Source of the DNA: Nitrospirales bacterium
GTDB lineage: Bacteria; Nitrospirota; Nitrospiria; Nitrospirales; UBA8639
DNA: 64,000 bases
Assembly (NCBI GenBank): GCA_965203295.1
Contig: CBDBCZ010000013.1
Coordinates: 800,001 to 864,000 of the forward strand
Direction of reading: 5' to 3'
Shown here: piece by piece, positions 51,155 to 63,835 of the stretch
How the letters are laid out: each line of letters begins with the position of its first letter
How positions within the stretch are numbered: the first letter of the stretch is position 1
Translations under genes and position numbers: made by a program
Notes under the pieces: model-generated
The model's input: the letters and a program-made list of their open reading frames with translations, nothing else
Databases searched by the model: none
What the model was told of the DNA's origin: nothing

Positions 51155-51989
51155 CAGTGGAACCTCCCATAACGGACCCTCCCACCAGCGGACAACCTCT
51201 CTATAAAGGACACCGGCCGTGGCACCGATTGAAATTACTATAGTGCTAATGTATAAGAAACCTCCCACGAGCGGACGCTTCTTGATTCCGGACAGCGGAC
51301 AAACTGCATGCTCCCGACTGCAGAAGTCCGTTGAAAATTACCTCTTATAACGGACAAATTGGAAGCCACACCCATCGTTCGTGCAGAAACACGTATAAAG
51401 ACCGGAAGTTACTCTCGTACTTGTAGTCTAGACTGCAGAATCACTCAATTTATCCCGCCTGAAAACTGACTCACAGCGATAGTCGAGATACTGAGCGCGT
51501 AGGTTCTCAGCAGCTCTTGCTGTATAACATACCAATCCAGACGCCCACGCAAGTTGGGCAAAAACGGGCATAAACGGAATATGACACAGATATACAGCTG
51601 GAGCACGTGATCTGTGACGACACGTGAAAACTATTTCGAGTCCATATCCATAAGCTGTTTGCAAGTTGTAGAGATGCTTCCACAGTTCAATTCACTCTGG
51701 ACAGCTATTTTGAACATTACTGACATTGTGGCACTTGTATTTGTTATACCACTCAATGTTAATATCGTCCGATAACTCTTTCAACAGCATATTTTGTACA
51801 GTCATGTATGCCTGGTAGATACTTACAGTAGATGACATGGTTTATGCTTGAATACATGTCTGGTAGGCATTTGAGTGCTTAATGTGGCTAGAAATAGCAA
51901 ATTGAGTCGAACCTCCCACCAGAGGACAACCTCCGAATAAAGGACAAAAGCCTTGCTCCCAAAGTGTCCTTTATTCGGAGGTTCCACTG
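51155..51989. mobile_element. Non-autonomous Tc1/mariner-pogo-type element, 835 bp
   Basis: TA|CAGTGGAACCTCC ... GGAGGTTCCACTG|TA; sub-terminal cctcccaccag.ggacaacctc repeats; termini related to 2803-2983. Confidence 0.88.
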
Positions 51990-52908
51990 TACCTCCCAAT
52001 AGTATCCACAATAGAGGTGTACCTGCCAGTTTATTTGAATGAAAATCATCATCATTATGCTAGCCTGGCAAAAGGAACACATAAAAATTGGCTGGGTATA
52101 CCAAGTTCTAAAAAGCAAAATTTATTTAGGACGTTGTCATGGAACTTTGCATATACCTGTTGTTCATTGCCTGGCACATGCACTTACAGTCAGCTATAGT
52201 CATACTATACTACTTCTACTATCACCCAAGGCTAAATTCAATACATACAGTACTAAAACTGTATGCCATACGCATATACGTACTTCTTTGAGACACGCAA
52301 GTTAAGTGTCAGGCATCCTGTTCGCCGGCTAGAATGAGTTGTTGTTTTTTTCCTCACGGTTATGGTAAAAAGAAATATTACTCTTTTACTACCATGGCAA
52401 TCGTTTATATTAATAATGTGATCCTGTAACACCTCAACTTTCCTGGCACTTTGCAGTGCACTAAAGTCCAACTTAGGATGATCATCCTTTTTATCTCTGG
52501 TAGGCCTCACAATAATATAGGTATTCAAAAGCATTAGAGAAATATAAATTATGTTGGAATAATAGCCATAAATATTTAGGCCTCTGAGATTAAATAGGCT
52601 ATATAATAATTTGTTGCTTATAGTTACTAACTTATACATGGGCTGTAGTATGTAAATTAATTCTAGTTCAGCCAACCTCTACAACTGCTCGAGTGAGTGT
52701 TCTCTGTCTTGCAAAACTCATTTACCAATCAGCACTATTTGTCTCTAGAAGATTAAATTATTATAATTATTGGTTATGTTACAATACAATTGATGTTGAG
52801 AACGTTTTATTGTGTATTGTGAAATTGAATAATACAAGTTTAAAATCGTAAAAGGTATAAGTCCAATAATATGTGAAAATAAAAGCATATTTAGCATACA
52901 TTCGTAAT

Positions 52909-55900
52909 TTAGGCAACTACAACCTGCAGCTGCTTATTAACACGTGCAGCACAATCTTGAAGCTCTAGAGCCTCAGCACTGACTAGAGAATCATCGCTAA
53001 TGACTATCAGCTCTTTTAGTGTTTCGTTTATACTGAGCATCTTGGCAAATGCTTTTACACCATCAGACTCGATTCCAAGTGAGGGATGCTTAATTTTTAG
53101 GACATTCAGTTCAGTATTCTGATGCAGTGCTCGAGCAATAGCTTCTGACACTCTGTGGCCCACAGCGCACCAAAGAAGTTCAAGAGCTTTTAGGTTTCTA
53201 TTTGTCTCTAGGAGTCCGAGAACATCATCAGAGCAGCTGGTCAAAACGGTGTCACGAATTTCCAAACGCTCAAGTGAGGATGGTTCCAGCACTGCTCTCA
53301 TCAGTGCCTGTGTACAGTCTGTGTTCATTTCATCGTCACCAACTACGAGAACTCTGAGAGTGCTTGTTGGTCGTATTAGGCTGGATAAGGCTGCAATATC
53401 AGTACTGCCAATTGGGCTACTAGCTATACAAAGTAGTCGCAAAGTACTGAGTTTGGATAAGGATTGCATGAGTTTTACAGCACCACCTTTTCCAATAGGA
53501 TTAACACATATATCTAGCTCTGTCAAACTGCACATACTTGGAATTAGACAGGCCAGTTGGTCACAAGCAGCTTGATCGAGACCACAGTTATATAGTTTCA
53601 GTATGGATAATCCCCGAAGAGTGTTGCAAGGTAATTTTGCCAAGATTTCAATACCTTCCTGACTGATTTGTTGCTTTCCTATCTTTAGTGCTTTGATGTG
53701 GCCTTGCACATGACCTGCTCCCTGACTTGCATGAAGACCACTCACAAGCATATCAAGTGAATCACAACCAACACCTGCAGTTATGAGGTCTATTATCCAA
53801 GTACAGTTGCTGTTGGAAATGCAGTAGCTCAAAGCAACACAGTCAAATGGAGAAGCTGTCTCAGGAAGAAAACCAATCATTTCGTTGCTGATGCAGACGT
53901 TGCTGCAGACGTCAAAATCTTGAGATTCGTATAAGCACTGAACTGCTTGTGGCTTGAGACAGTATTCTGCTTGCAGCCAAGTTGGTGACTCTTCCACATT
54001 TTTTTCTTTGAGTAATTTGCAGCCAATGCTACTGTACTTTGTAAGCCCACCTACAAATCTCCAGACCACTTGAAAGTGTGGATCTCCACAGTACTTTTCA
54101 AATAGATGCTTTTGTTCGATTGGAGAGAGGCATGAAATGTGAAACGCTGCAAGAAACTCTTGCACTGTAAGGTGCAAAAAACTGAACGATATTTCTGGAC
54201 CCTCTTGAACATGTAGACATGAAGCTTTTGTCATGAATCCCAAGTGGTCAAAAGATTGAGGAAGGCTGTTCCATGACAGCTGTTGGATGCAAATTCCCAT
54301 GAACGCGATTTTACAAACTTCACGGAATTGTCGGAATACGTCTTCGGGAAGGTCGTGGAACTGAGCTGGCATGCAGTAGGTCTCTGGGACAAAACCCCCT
54401 TCAACAATGTGCCTTCTAAGTAAAGCATGGCTGAGAGCATCATACAGTTGAGTCATAGTTTTTGGGAGAGGCGTTCTTTCACCTTGATACTGTTGATATA
54501 TTTCCACTACAATGGCACTGTTGAGTGGTATATACATCATACTATACACAAGTGGATTACTGGAGATATATTTCATGAACTCTATCAACTGCACTGGGTC
54601 TTTGAAAATGCTCTGAGCATATTCTTTAATGTTTTGTTCTGTAAAACCTAGAATTTCAACATGTTTATTGATTTGAGGTTTACATCTTAAGAGAAGTTCT
54701 GCCGTCACAGAAGGACGGCTAGTTATGAGAATGGTGGCACGAGGAAGATAACGACCATTAATCATATCCACAAATAGTGAGCCCATTTCTCTCTGTTTAG
54801 CTGGTAATTCATCAAATCCATCAAATATGAACAATACACCTTCTCCATTTGATTCCTCAATATCACTTGAGACTGCCTCTTTGAGAGAGGCATTGCGATG
54901 GAAGAGCAAGTCAGAAAGACTACTTGCTTGCTGGCTTTTCTTTTCACGAAGCTGAACCAATATTACAAGAGAATATTTCCTCAGCATAGGAAGTGAGTCC
55001 CAGTTTCTACAAAGCTCCCATGCAAATGTAGTCTTACCCACCCCAGGAGCACCCTCAATTAATATACAATTAGATTCACTTTCAGTGTCAGAAGTAAACA
55101 GTTGAGTGATTGAAATTGATTTCTTAGATTTCAATATTCGGTCGACATTGCCGTGCAGCCTTGCTGTAGTAAGTTCATAGGCCTGTGAGAGTGATGTTTC
55201 ATCTCTATTGATAAGAGCAAGGTTAATATACTTTTTGCTTGGTGTAGGTGGCCATTTCTGGTAGAGTGGAAGTGGTCTTGATTTATATAGTGATTTCAAA
55301 TAAGCAGCATATTTGGCAATGTTTAGTGTAGCAAACTGTTGGCTATTTACGATGGCTTCCTGTGCTGAAGAGCTAGAGTCTGCTGAAAATGAAAGAGCAC
55401 AATCCATTAACTCAGCAGTTACAGAGATTCGCTTGCGTTTTGTTTTGTCAGGACAGCTGCAGCAATTTTTCCCTATAAGTTATAAATACAGAAAATTAAT
55501 ACACACGTGATTGTAAACACATACATTTACACGTGCATCACAGAATCTGTTAGAAAACACATTCATTGCAGTGGTAATTAGTATATAACAGTAGTTATAT
55601 TCAACTTACTGTAAGTGGCCTCGATTCTGTTTGCTAACCAATGTAATGATTTCTCCTTCTTTAAAATGGTCATAAACAATGGGAAACATTCTGGATTAGT
55701 ACCAAGATTTCCTTTGAAGTGACAGAGTAGTTTTCTTGCTTTCTGAACACGAGAAACTCCACTTACTGTAATGACCTCGTCTAAAGCTTCATATGATATT
55801 AGATTCTCTGAAAATAGTTCAGCTGCAAGCCACTCTGGGTCTTTAATGACTTGAGCGAGTTCACTGAAGTGCTTACGGTAAGCCTGCACTCCTGCTGGAT

Positions 55901-55922
55901 GATGCAGTTTCTCTGAACTCAT
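52909..55922 (-). CDS. NLR: death-fold (CARD-like) / NACHT / LRR, about 958 aa, exons 55922-55610 and 55472-52909
   Basis: Phase-1 intron (taca|gtaagt ... tatag|gg). Walker A GAPGVGKT, Walker B LFIFDGFDEL, ILITSR, FSFLHLTVQEFLAA, RNI-like LRRs; exon 1 LAAELFSENLIS...QKARKLL...FPLFMTILKK is death-fold-like. Confidence 0.92.
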
Positions 55923-56044
55923 TCCTGCATAACGAATAATTATGGAGTGATATTAGCTCAGCTATACCTATGCGCATTAACCCTAGCTCCGCTGCGCAGC
56001 GAGTGGCTAGCCGCATAAAAAATATTTGATTGTATCACCTCAAG

Positions 56045-56460
56045 ACTCGACATTGCAGCAAATGGCTTCTGCATGGGGAGGTCGTTTCGAGAAGACGTAT
56101 ATGGATGTCAGGGTGTTCAACCCACATGCTCCCACCAACAGGGGCACCAGCATCTCCAACTGCTTTAGAAAGCATGAAGTAGAGAAGAAGTGTGCTTACG
56201 AGCAACGAATTTGAGAGATAGAACACCCTACTTTCACTCCCTTGGTGTTCTCTGCTACTGGGGTGAGGCATGGCCAAGCATACCATGACCTTCTACCAAC
56301 AGCTAGCCTCCCTTCTAGCAGACAAGTGGGGATACCCGTACAGCTCTACTCTCTGCATGCTGGCTTCGATCCCGAATCGCCTTCTCTCTTCTGCGGTCGG
56401 CAATTCAGTGCATCAGAGGTGCCCGCTCTTCCCGTGGACACGCCGCCAAATCGACTCCCC
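56045..56460 (+). mobile_element. Degenerate 3' fragment of a non-LTR retrotransposon (restriction-like endonuclease region)
   Basis: WGGRFEKTYMDVRVFNPHAPTN...KHEVEKKCAYEQRI*...FTPLVFSATG, with stops and frameshifts. Confidence 0.6.
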
Positions 56461-57043
56461 CCCCCACCTATTTAACTCTTTCCCAGCCAAGTTTTAATAC
56501 ATCCATAAGGCTAATGTGAATTTATATAGGCATTTTTATATTAGGCGTTAATATAAAGTACATGTTTTTTCTATTTTATATGGGCACAATCAACGAGGCG
56601 CGATTGCGCCCCATGTGAACGATTAACCCTCTCTTTTGTTTTGCTCTGTTGTTTCCTTTTTGTTTCAAGTTTATATACCCTTTGTTTTCTTTTGGTTACT
56701 CCTGCATTGCTGGACGATGTTTTGTTTCTATATAATTATTATTATTCAATAATTATCCGCGAAAAAAAAATTGCCAGGACTCTCCAACTCACGCGATTTA
56801 TTTATCCGTTCACTTCGGTGAGAAACGGAGGGTGTGGTGGCCTCCGCGTCGATATACAAACGGTTCTATACGTGGGCTCCACTGAGTCTTCAACTGGGCC
56901 TGTCGACGCCTTATATGTAAGTTAAGTTGCGCCCTGACGTTGTAGGCGCGACCGCGAGTATTGCCGCTTTATCGTACGTATAGACATAATTGTCGCAGCC
57001 TATATCGCCATTGTCAGGGCTTGTTCTTCTCTGCACTAGGTGA

Positions 57044-57718
57044 CCGTATAGCGGGAAATTTTCGCGCTTTTCGCGGCCGTGACGATTTTGCGAAAAATAA
57101 GAACTTCAAAATTTTGAAACGGTGAACTTTTGACATTTTGGCATTTTATGGGGATTAACCCGTGGGTTAATCCGAGTTCATTAGAAGAGGCGGAGCTACG
57201 CATGCGCTCCAAAGAGATCTTACCGCCTTTTCCACTCCAGTAGCAGGAGCGGTTGCTGACAAAAGAGCCACGAAGAGAGTGTCCATTAGTTGACCCACCC
57301 AGCATACCCTCCCTCTGAAGCCTGGCATGTGGAGATATATGGCCAGATGTAGACAGGATTCGTAGAAACTCTCCATCGTCATGGCGTACATACATGTCGA
57401 TGTGATCAGAGTAAGGGGTGAGACATAATTGGGGCGAGCACCCCCAATTTCCTCCCAAACACAGCTTATATCAGTCCATTAAGCAATGCGGGCAATAGGA
57501 TGGACTGCACCCTTACTCTCCCACCAATTAGTAGCTTACGGCATAGATAGTACTACTATCTATGCTTACGGTGATAGCATAGGATGGTCACGTCCATTAT
57601 AGGAAATCACTAATTACCGACACTGGCACAGGATGGCCACGCCCATTAAAGGCAATCACTAATTATCGTCACTAGTTAACGCAAAAATTTTCACCTGCGA
57701 AAATTTTCCGCTATACGG
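57044..57718. mobile_element. MITE with CCGTATAGCGG termini
   Basis: CCGTATAGCGGGAAATTTTCGC ... GCGAAAATTTTCCGCTATACGG (21/22), flanks GA / TA. Confidence 0.8.
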
Positions 57719-58976
57719 TATATTTATGACTGTACACTTCCAGGCTGCTAAATTATCGTCCTTGATCTCTGACAATGCTCTGTTCGAAACCACAGTACTA
57801 ACTAGTAATGAGTGTGTTTGGCCCGCGAGACTGCTGGTGAGCGCGTTTATATTCAACTGAGCGCTTTCGCGTGCATATAATAGATAGATAGATAGATAGA
57901 TAATTATTAATGTCTCGCCACTTGGGCAGCAGGCCAAAACTGGCCTATGAGACAGTGTGCACATACACGATAGGTGGTCACAGTCATACACACATCTACA
58001 AAAGAAAGCATATTAATAAGGACATCAGAGAAGAGAAGAGACAGAATAGTGGGACTAGTGGGTGAATGGCGAGTACAGATACCACAATTATTTTTATTTT
58101 TTTCTTTTTTTTTTTCTTTCACAGACACCAGACACAGATCAAAACCACACAGCAATGGTAATTTACAGCCGACAAAAAGCATGATGGGAATAATACAAAA
58201 TTTAATAAAAGTACAAATAAAATGGATGTATGACTTGAATTGGTTATAGTTTTTGTTTCAAAAAGTACAAAACAGCGTAGCATACAGCACATCGATGGGA
58301 CTGACATAAAACAATAGGAGCAGAGACATGAGTGTATAACCTTAGCCAATGGATAGATGTAAGTGTGGGTCAGTTTTCCCTTACAAATCGGGATATAAAG
58401 GAGCAAAAGGTAGTCCGTGGGAAGGGAGGTATTGTGCAGTGACTTAGATACTAAACAAATTCTTCAGTGGAATCTAAAGAGATATTCATGGGTTGAGGTC
58501 GTGTCACCCTTGGATCTGCCAGTGACTTCTAGGATTGTGGTCGAGGTAAGATAACGTTTGGTGTGAAGATATATAGAGTACAAAGTCACATAGGATGATG
58601 CAGACTTTAGGGATCGTGGTCGAGGCATAATACAGTTTGGTGTGTAAAGTGTTAGATGCATGGATATAGTAGGGACAGACGATGAAGTATACTAACTACA
58701 TAATACAGTAAGTTTGGTGTGTAAAGTGATAGTTGCATGGATATAGTAGGAACAAACAATGAATTATACTAACTATAGTAACTAGTAACAGTGCGGATCG
58801 TGCTAGTGTCTGCATTAATTTCTCTCTCTTTTTTTTTTTCTTTTTTTTTTTGTGACTATCTTAACCCACAAGAGGAGAAAAGGGAGGAGGACGAAAATAG
58901 GGGGGGGGGGGGGGTTCAGAGGGGAAGGAACAGAAAAATAAGTGAACATATAATTATAAGCATACTATAAAAATAG

Positions 58977-61900
58977 TTAACATTCGGTCAGACTTCTTTG
59001 GAGTAGGTACATTTCATATATAAGTTTGCTTACTGCCGTATCGTGCGCACAGAGGGACATAATTAGGATCGTCTTCTCCACAGGGGGCAGGGTGTAAAAA
59101 CTTGGCCCACCTAGTGCATCTGATGCAACTTGGTAGAGCTTTGCTCTGAGTTCCATGAGGGGGTGACAGAAGTTTACGAAATGGACTTCATCGCCTAAGC
59201 CTTCCTTGCATAGCTGGCAGGTTCTTTGCTGCAGTGGGATTTTGGGAGATCTGTATCTCCCCAGTTCGACGTCAAGTGGGAGGCATCCACACCGAAACAT
59301 AGTTATGATGCGTCTTTTGCCAGCAGAGATAGACCTATTCACGTATAGTTCCTGAGATGGCTCATCTTTTACGTGTCTATAAAAACGGAGACGACCACCG
59401 GATTCCGAGTTACTTGGAGTCGTTTGGACCGAGGCCTCCCACTTCTGAAATTCCCTATCCATGATAGCTATCCAAACATCCTTTTCTGTACAGGAATGTG
59501 GCAACTGGTTGTGGTCACGTAGAGAGTCCAGGAGGTTCGTTGTGCTTCGGGCCCAGTTCTTCCTCCCGGACTCTGCAAGAGACTTACTCCACACATAGAT
59601 CTTATGAGTTAGCCTATTCCCTTCCATTGACTTTACTCTGTACCAGAATCTAAGAATGCTGAAGTCAATATAAGCCTTGAAGGGGATCCATCCTGTCTCA
59701 CCAAAAAGGCCTGCCAAAGGGCATGTTTTATTCACTCCCAAAAAACATCTTAAGGCTCTATGCTGAATGCTCATAATTTTAGGGAGGACCTTGTGCCCCC
59801 AGATACATGCGTTTGTCATTATAATTGGTTGGACAAGCTGCGTAAAGAGCAAGGTATAAGTCTCAAAATGAAAACCCCCAGTCGCTCTCATTCTATGATT
59901 AAGAAGGGCGAGTGCCCTGTTAGCCTTGTGAATAATTCCCTCTACTGACACATTCCAGTCTAAATGTTCATGTAGGAGCAAACCCAAGTACTTATACTGC
60001 GAGGTGTATAGAATCTCATAATCCTGGAAGGTGAAAGTAACAGAGGACCTAGGTTTACTTCGCAATCTCCTCCGAAAGTGGACTATATTAGTTTTAGTCG
60101 TGTTAATATTCATTTCCCACTTTGCACACCACCCCGCAACTACATCAATAAGGCATTGTAGGTTTCCTGCGGAGGGGGCAAGGAGAACTACATCATCTGC
60201 GTAAAGGAGTGCAGATATGCTACAAGTCTGACATTCAACTCCAGCCTGCTTGGAGTTTATTTCACTCACCAAGTCATCTATGAACATCGCAAATAGTGTA
60301 GGCGAGAGAATACACCCCTGTTTTACCCCATTGTTGACAGTGAACCAGTCGGTAAAAGCTTGATTCACATCTACCACACATCTAACATCTGCATACAGAG
60401 CCTGCAGTGCGGTGAGGAAATTTCCGAATAGGCCAAAACGCACTGACAGTTTATCCCAAAGGAGGTCTCGGTTTACGCAGTCAAAAGCCTTTTTAAAATC
60501 CACAAAACAAGCAAAGGTATCTTTTTTTTGACACATACAATTTTCTATTACGGATGTGAGTGCAAAAATATGGTCCTGACAGGATCTATTTGCCCTAAAA
60601 CCATTCTGCTCATCACTAAGTGCATCATTACTTTCCAACCAATCCCTAAGCCGGGAGTTTAACATCCTACAATATGACTTGGCCACAAAAGATTGGAGGG
60701 CTATACCTCTGTAATTAGTGGTTGATTGAGGGTCAAGGTGGGACTTAGGTATGGGTTTGATTACGGTTTTAAACCATGCAGATGGAACTTCTCCGTGTTG
60801 ATAGCAATAGTTAAAGAGGGAATGTAAGAAATCAATACATACATCGTTTTTAATAAAGAGAGGTTGAATTTGGTCAAATCCGGGTGATTTAGCATTGTCA
60901 TTTGCCAGGATGGCACTTTTCACTTCTTCGTATGAGAAAGTGGCATTAAGCTCCGAGGCATCTAAGTTCAGAGATTCAGAGGGGAGAGCAGCCGTTAAAC
61001 TATGCCCGCTGGTGTGTGGGTTTAAAAGCGAGCAAAAATAGTCCCTCCACATAGATAGTACTTCACTACCTTCAGTAACCGTCTGACCATCTGCTGTACG
61101 CATAGTGCTGGGCAGCTCATGGGTGGTTGACCCAATACCCTTTACAAAGTTCCAAAAGGCCTTGGGGTTACGTTTCTGCTGATCTAGAAGCCTGTTTTGT
61201 CTCTCTCTCCGGTAACGGCGCTTGCTTTTCCGTACTAATTTACTAAATTCTTTCTGGCTATGAAGATAAAGCTCCCTAAGATCGTTGTTACTTTTGTTCT
61301 GTTCCCATGCCTTGAGAGAGAACCTAACAGCTTTGGCTAATTCCCTTAGTTCCTCATTCCACCAGGCTTTTCGGCGATTTGAAGTGTGACTGAGGTTCGT
61401 AGGAGATTGGTCCCCAATTTGTTCGTCAATTACTTTACAGAAGGAGTCATACACTGTATTAACGTCGACGTGTGAGGTATCGAATAAGAGTTGAGCAGCT
61501 AGCGATTGCACTTTTCCAGCAGTTGCTGCATCTTGCATGTATTCAGGAGGAACTTTTCTCCTGGCCCTAGGTTTTCTACCATTGATTTTCCTTACTGTAG
61601 TGAGGGATTGCTTAACATCCACAGTGAGGATTCTGTGGTCTGGAATAGTGGAATCAATAGGAATACCCTTAGAGATAATAGTGCCAGGGATGTCGTGAAC
61701 CTGAAAATTGCTGAAAAGACCTAAGGACGTAAGGGGGGCTATACAGTAATCCACCACCGATAACCCTTTGGTGGAGACAGAAGTAAAATTATCTTTAGTC
61801 GGCTCAAATCGCCCATTTAGTATACCTAATTCTAGGGTACGTAGCATTTCAATTAACTCCTTTCCAATTTTGTTACTTATGTTGTCCACTGAAATTCTAG

Positions 61901-62591
61901 TAGGAATATTATCTACTCCTGGGGCATCATCTAGGGAACCACACCTTGCATTCAAGTCACCACATATTAGGAAATCTCCCAAATGGTAATTATCTATGAC
62001 CAGGGCTTTCAGAGTATCAAAAAATTCTTGGGATTTGTCCCCCCTGGACGATCCTATTGGTGGGAGGTAACATACACAAATACCGACCTGTTTCCCATTT
62101 TGCCTTTGGATTAACTGCAGCCACAGAATACCCTCATACTTCTCTGCTATAGCTGCAACATTGTAGTGCTCTAAGACTGAATGCTTTATTAGTACCCCTA
62201 CTCCTCCAGACCCTCTGATGGCTCTTTTCGAGATAGACTTACGATTGTTTCCATACCAACTATAGCCTTCCATATTAATGGCGTGGTCGTCTCTTAAGAA
62301 GGTTTCACACAAACATACAATATCTAGGTCAAGGGCCTTAATCACATTACAACGTAGTTTCTGGGCAGGGTCTAAGCTCCACCCACAAACATTCCAGACA
62401 CCTATCGACAGGTTGTCTGGGCAGGGAGAGGAGGAAGTTGGAGGCTCATTAGTGCTGGGATTCTGTAGCGCCTTATTGGCGGAAAAGCAGCGGTGTTGGG
62501 TGGGCACTGTGGAGGGGGATGTTTGTTGCTCAGAGGTGGTAATTTCAGGCTCATCAAGGGAAGTGGGCGTTTGGATAAAAAAGGCTGACAA
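58977..62591 (-). CDS. LINE ORF2: AP endonuclease + reverse transcriptase + C-terminal Cys/His knuckle
   Basis: WNVCG, LCETF, GDLNAR, VVDY, PDH (APE); KSPGFD, QNGFR, DFKKAFD, GVKQGCILSP, YADD, YKYLG (RT); CQLC..DEVHFVNFC. Confidence 0.96.
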   Translation of the reverse strand: MSAFFIQTPTSLDEPEITTSEQQTSPSTVPTQHRCFSANKALQNPSTNEPPTSSSPCPDNLSIGVWNVCGWSLDPAQKLRCNVIKALDLDIVCLCETFLRDDHAINMEGYSWYGNNRKSISKRAIRGSGGVGVLIKHSVLEHYNVAAIAEKYEGILWLQLIQRQNGKQVGICVCYLPPIGSSRGDKSQEFFDTLKALVIDNYHLGDFLICGDLNARCGSLDDAPGVDNIPTRISVDNISNKIGKELIEMLRTLELGILNGRFEPTKDNFTSVSTKGLSVVDYCIAPLTSLGLFSNFQVHDIPGTIISKGIPIDSTIPDHRILTVDVKQSLTTVRKINGRKPRARRKVPPEYMQDAATAGKVQSLAAQLLFDTSHVDVNTVYDSFCKVIDEQIGDQSPTNLSHTSNRRKAWWNEELRELAKAVRFSLKAWEQNKSNNDLRELYLHSQKEFSKLVRKSKRRYRRERQNRLLDQQKRNPKAFWNFVKGIGSTTHELPSTMRTADGQTVTEGSEVLSMWRDYFCSLLNPHTSGHSLTAALPSESLNLDASELNATFSYEEVKSAILANDNAKSPGFDQIQPLFIKNDVCIDFLHSLFNYCYQHGEVPSAWFKTVIKPIPKSHLDPQSTTNYRGIALQSFVAKSYCRMLNSRLRDWLESNDALSDEQNGFRANRSCQDHIFALTSVIENCMCQKKDTFACFVDFKKAFDCVNRDLLWDKLSVRFGLFGNFLTALQALYADVRCVVDVNQAFTDWFTVNNGVKQGCILSPTLFAMFIDDLVSEINSKQAGVECQTCSISALLYADDVVLLAPSAGNLQCLIDVVAGWCAKWEMNINTTKTNIVHFRRRLRSKPRSSVTFTFQDYEILYTSQYKYLGLLLHEHLDWNVSVEGIIHKANRALALLNHRMRATGGFHFETYTLLFTQLVQPIIMTNACIWGHKVLPKIMSIQHRALRCFLGVNKTCPLAGLFGETGWIPFKAYIDFSILRFWYRVKSMEGNRLTHKIYVWSKSLAESGRKNWARSTTNLLDSLRDHNQLPHSCTEKDVWIAIMDREFQKWEASVQTTPSNSESGGRLRFYRHVKDEPSQELYVNRSISAGKRRIITMFRCGCLPLDVELGRYRSPKIPLQQRTCQLCKEGLGDEVHFVNFCHPLMELRAKLYQVASDALGGPSFYTLPPVEKTILIMSLCAHDTAVSKLIYEMYLLQRSLTEC

Positions 62592-63667
62592 GCGGCTGGA
62601 TCATGTGGACACTGAGAAACAGGCGGCCTTGTATTAGAGGGCTTCCTGGATGGTTTCCGAGGAGGGAGCAGGCTAAGGAACCATGGCAGGTGATGACTGT
62701 TTTTCAGGCCCTGGTCTAGCAAGTTACACCTATCAAGGTTGGCACAGGTCACTTTCAAAAACTTCTTTGTTGATCCCGAGAAGGAGGATTCACTCAAGGG
62801 CATTGTCAAACTATAGCCCTCCAGAGTGATACCCCCTTTTGACAATTGGTCTTCTACTTCCTGTATGCTCAAGCGACTAGGCACATTGCGTAGGTACACT
62901 ACCACCGGAGAGCTGGCGGGGGGACAATTTTGAGTATTGTCACAATTGTCTTGGGTGTAGTTGTGACCTGTGTCTCTAGGTGGGTTTGCCTGTTTGTTAG
63001 ACAGGGCTTGTGAGGCAGACTGGGCTGGAAGGTCGCCTACTGTAGACTGGGTTACTGGATGGTCCATAGGGCTATGGGTAGTGGATCGTTGCAGCTGGGG
63101 GGGCCTGGACAGTGGATTCACTACCTGCAGAGGGTGCTGGGAAGTGGGCGGATTTGAAGGCAGTGGGTGACAGTTCCCCTGAGGCACTTGGTCCCTCCCT
63201 GCATTATCCCCATCACTATTGTCTAGTAGCTGAAGTGGAGCAAATCTGTTTCGAGACAGTGGGATTTGTAGGTCTGAGCTCGTGGGTGTGGTGGGGAGGT
63301 TCAAAGGGGCAGAGGCGGTATCCAAGGTCATGAATTCAACAGCTTGAGATAGTTCTTTCATTGCGGTTTGGAGCTCACTTACAGTTTGCTCCAGGAGGGG
63401 GACTTTAGAGACTTCTATACGCAGTGCTGTTAACTCACTAGCCAGCTCCGAGACTGTTGGTTTCACAGATTTCCAGTTATCGAGGCATTTGGGGCAAAAC
63501 CACTGGAACCCCTCTAACTTCCCTGCTAGCTTGTAGGCTTGCTTTGTAACCCCTACACAGTCAGTATGAGCCCACTTGTTACACACATCACACTGCAAGG
63601 CTTGACTATGCTTCGTGATGGTGGTCGTGCATGACTCTAAGAGACATGCAACGCTGTCAGTTGCCAT
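62402..63667 (-). CDS. LINE ORF1 with N-terminal PHD finger and coiled coil, 421 aa
   Basis: CLLESC...LQCDVCNKWAHTDCVGV...WFCPKC; then heptads VSELASELTALRIEV...; RRM-like VYLRNVP. Confidence 0.88.
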   Translation of the reverse strand: MATDSVACLLESCTTTITKHSQALQCDVCNKWAHTDCVGVTKQAYKLAGKLEGFQWFCPKCLDNWKSVKPTVSELASELTALRIEVSKVPLLEQTVSELQTAMKELSQAVEFMTLDTASAPLNLPTTPTSSDLQIPLSRNRFAPLQLLDNSDGDNAGRDQVPQGNCHPLPSNPPTSQHPLQVVNPLSRPPQLQRSTTHSPMDHPVTQSTVGDLPAQSASQALSNKQANPPRDTGHNYTQDNCDNTQNCPPASSPVVVYLRNVPSRLSIQEVEDQLSKGGITLEGYSLTMPLSESSFSGSTKKFLKVTCANLDRCNLLDQGLKNSHHLPWFLSLLPPRKPSRKPSNTRPPVSQCPHDPAACQPFLSKRPLPLMSLKLPPLSNKHPPPQCPPNTAAFPPIRRYRIPALMSLQLPPLPAQTTCR

Positions 63668-63802
63668 ACTCAGTAGAGGGGGGGGGGTGGGGGGGGGGGG
63701 GTGGGGCTGTCCTTGTAGGTATCGCTACCAAGTTCAGCTCTTTGCTAGGAGTCACTTTTTACAAACGTTAAATTTAGCGTAACTTACCGGCAGAGTGTGC
63801 TC

Positions 63803-63835
63803 TAGCCTCGCGTAGAGTCTGGCTATGCGAGACTA
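63803..63835. mobile_element. 33-bp TAG...CTA mini-element with 9-bp TSD
   Basis: agtgtgctc|TAGCCTCGCGTAG-agtctgg-CTATGCGAGACTA|agagtgctc (TSD 8/9). Confidence 0.6.

Larger units (their letters stand above)
57881..63720 (-). mobile_element. Near full-length LINE (PHD ORF1 + APE/RT ORF2; RTE-X-like or CR1-group)
   Basis: Two long open ORFs; about 1.1-kb 3' region ending in hairpin aggccagttttggcct and a (TCTA)n tail near 57881-57900. Alternative 3' end at the A-tract about 58828-58851. 5' end approximate. Confidence 0.88.
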
